From Podarcis liolepis (taxonomy: Eukaryota): DNA of 64,000 nucleotides. This document shows, piece by piece, positions 63,024-64,000 of this stretch (within the stretch, counting starts at the first letter, position 1; every line of letters begins with the position of its first letter). The DNA lies in NCBI GenBank assembly GCA_965112155.1, contig OZ218101.1. The stretch is one strand, 5' to 3'. A program made the translations under genes and the position numbers. The notes under the pieces are model-generated. The model saw nothing but the letters and a program-made list of their open reading frames with translations, did no database searches and was not told the DNA's origin.

Positions 63024-64000
63024 TCACATAAACATAGAAGTTCACTTTTTGTTTTCTTCAACCCAATTTCAATTTATTCTAGAAATAGAATTTGTTTGTG
63101 TAACTGATTAACCAGGATCAAATTAGGTCAGCCTGTGTTGACACAGTATGGAACTGTAATTGGTTTCTTTAATTGGTAACTGTAAACTTGAATGTAATCA
63201 GCTCAGAGGAAGTACAGTCTGTACCAGAAAAGTCTCGTATCTCCCAGGGGAAACTTTGCTTATTGTAAACTGCACAAGTGATTAAAATTCTATATCAGTT
63301 ATTGTATGGCCAAGAAGTGCCTTCTGTAGAGTCAGCTATACAGAAGAGATCCCACCCACCCCAATCCTTATAGTAGTTCCTCAGCATGGAAACAAACAAG
63401 ACATTTCAGAAATAAATAAACTTTGCCTCTTCTTGGGGGCTGTTTGTGATTTATATGACCAAGAATCTCATGGTTGGCACATTCCCACTAAATATGAATT
63501 CATTTGGCAACATTAATGATTATTTGGTGTGTTTGGTAAAAATATGAATATATTTTATGCCACCCATTCTTTTTTATGATTATTTTATTGTCTTGTAATT
63601 TTATTATTACTGCTTCTATGAAAAGGTAAGTGGACTTTCAGAGAGATATTTTGGACTACAATTCCCATCATCCCTGACCACTGGTCCTGTTAGCTATGGA
63701 TCATGGGAGTTGTAGGCCAAGAAATCTGGAGGGCCGCAGATTGGGGATGCCTGCTCTATGCCAACCAACCTGATCGGTAGTGATCTGTGGCTGTGAGCAC
63801 CCAACTCTTTTGAGACCTGTGGCGATCACACAGGGTCCCCGGATGTTTTGAGATATTTGAAGTTTATAGCCTACCAACATATCTTGGAAAAAGATACTAG
63901 TGGTGAGAGATTCAAGAGACAAAACGAATTAGTATTTCATGCAGCTTATTGTTAAACTGTAGAAGATAAGGCTATTGATTCTCGGAAGATAAGGCTCTCT

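Noticed and set aside
1-64000. CRISPR arrays, operons or other prokaryotic systems
   Set aside because: The sequence is CpG-depleted vertebrate DNA, and no regularly spaced repeat-spacer array was seen.

Overview
Eukaryotic, repeat-rich, apparently gene-poor (intronic or intergenic) vertebrate DNA. Sauria-type SINEs, (TTC)n-tailed tRNA SINEs and L1/L2/CR1/RTE/Penelope remnants point to a squamate, probably a lacertid lizard (inference). I could not identify any host protein-coding exon; nearly all short ORFs in the track are noise or transposon-derived. The main feature is a full-length ~6.2 kb L1 on the minus strand (50768-56955) with intact ORF1 and ORF2 and perfect target-site duplications (TSDs). 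The window also holds a 5'-truncated L1 of a sister subfamily, a decayed RTE LINE nested in a hAT element, many hAT, Tc1/mariner and Harbinger-like MITEs, and microsatellites. The most interesting signals are RNA-structural or architectural: (1) an ENE-like hairpin (U-rich internal loop, candidate poly(A) triple helix) conserved in two diverged copies of an unclassified ~0.83 kb LTR/Ngaro-like repeat; (2) a perfect 78-bp Penelope-type palindrome with a minimal hammerhead ribozyme motif; (3) a composite MITE that captured an L2 3' end and occurs twice; (4) a chimeric two-subfamily Sauria SINE. Boundaries of old, degenerate repeats are approximate.
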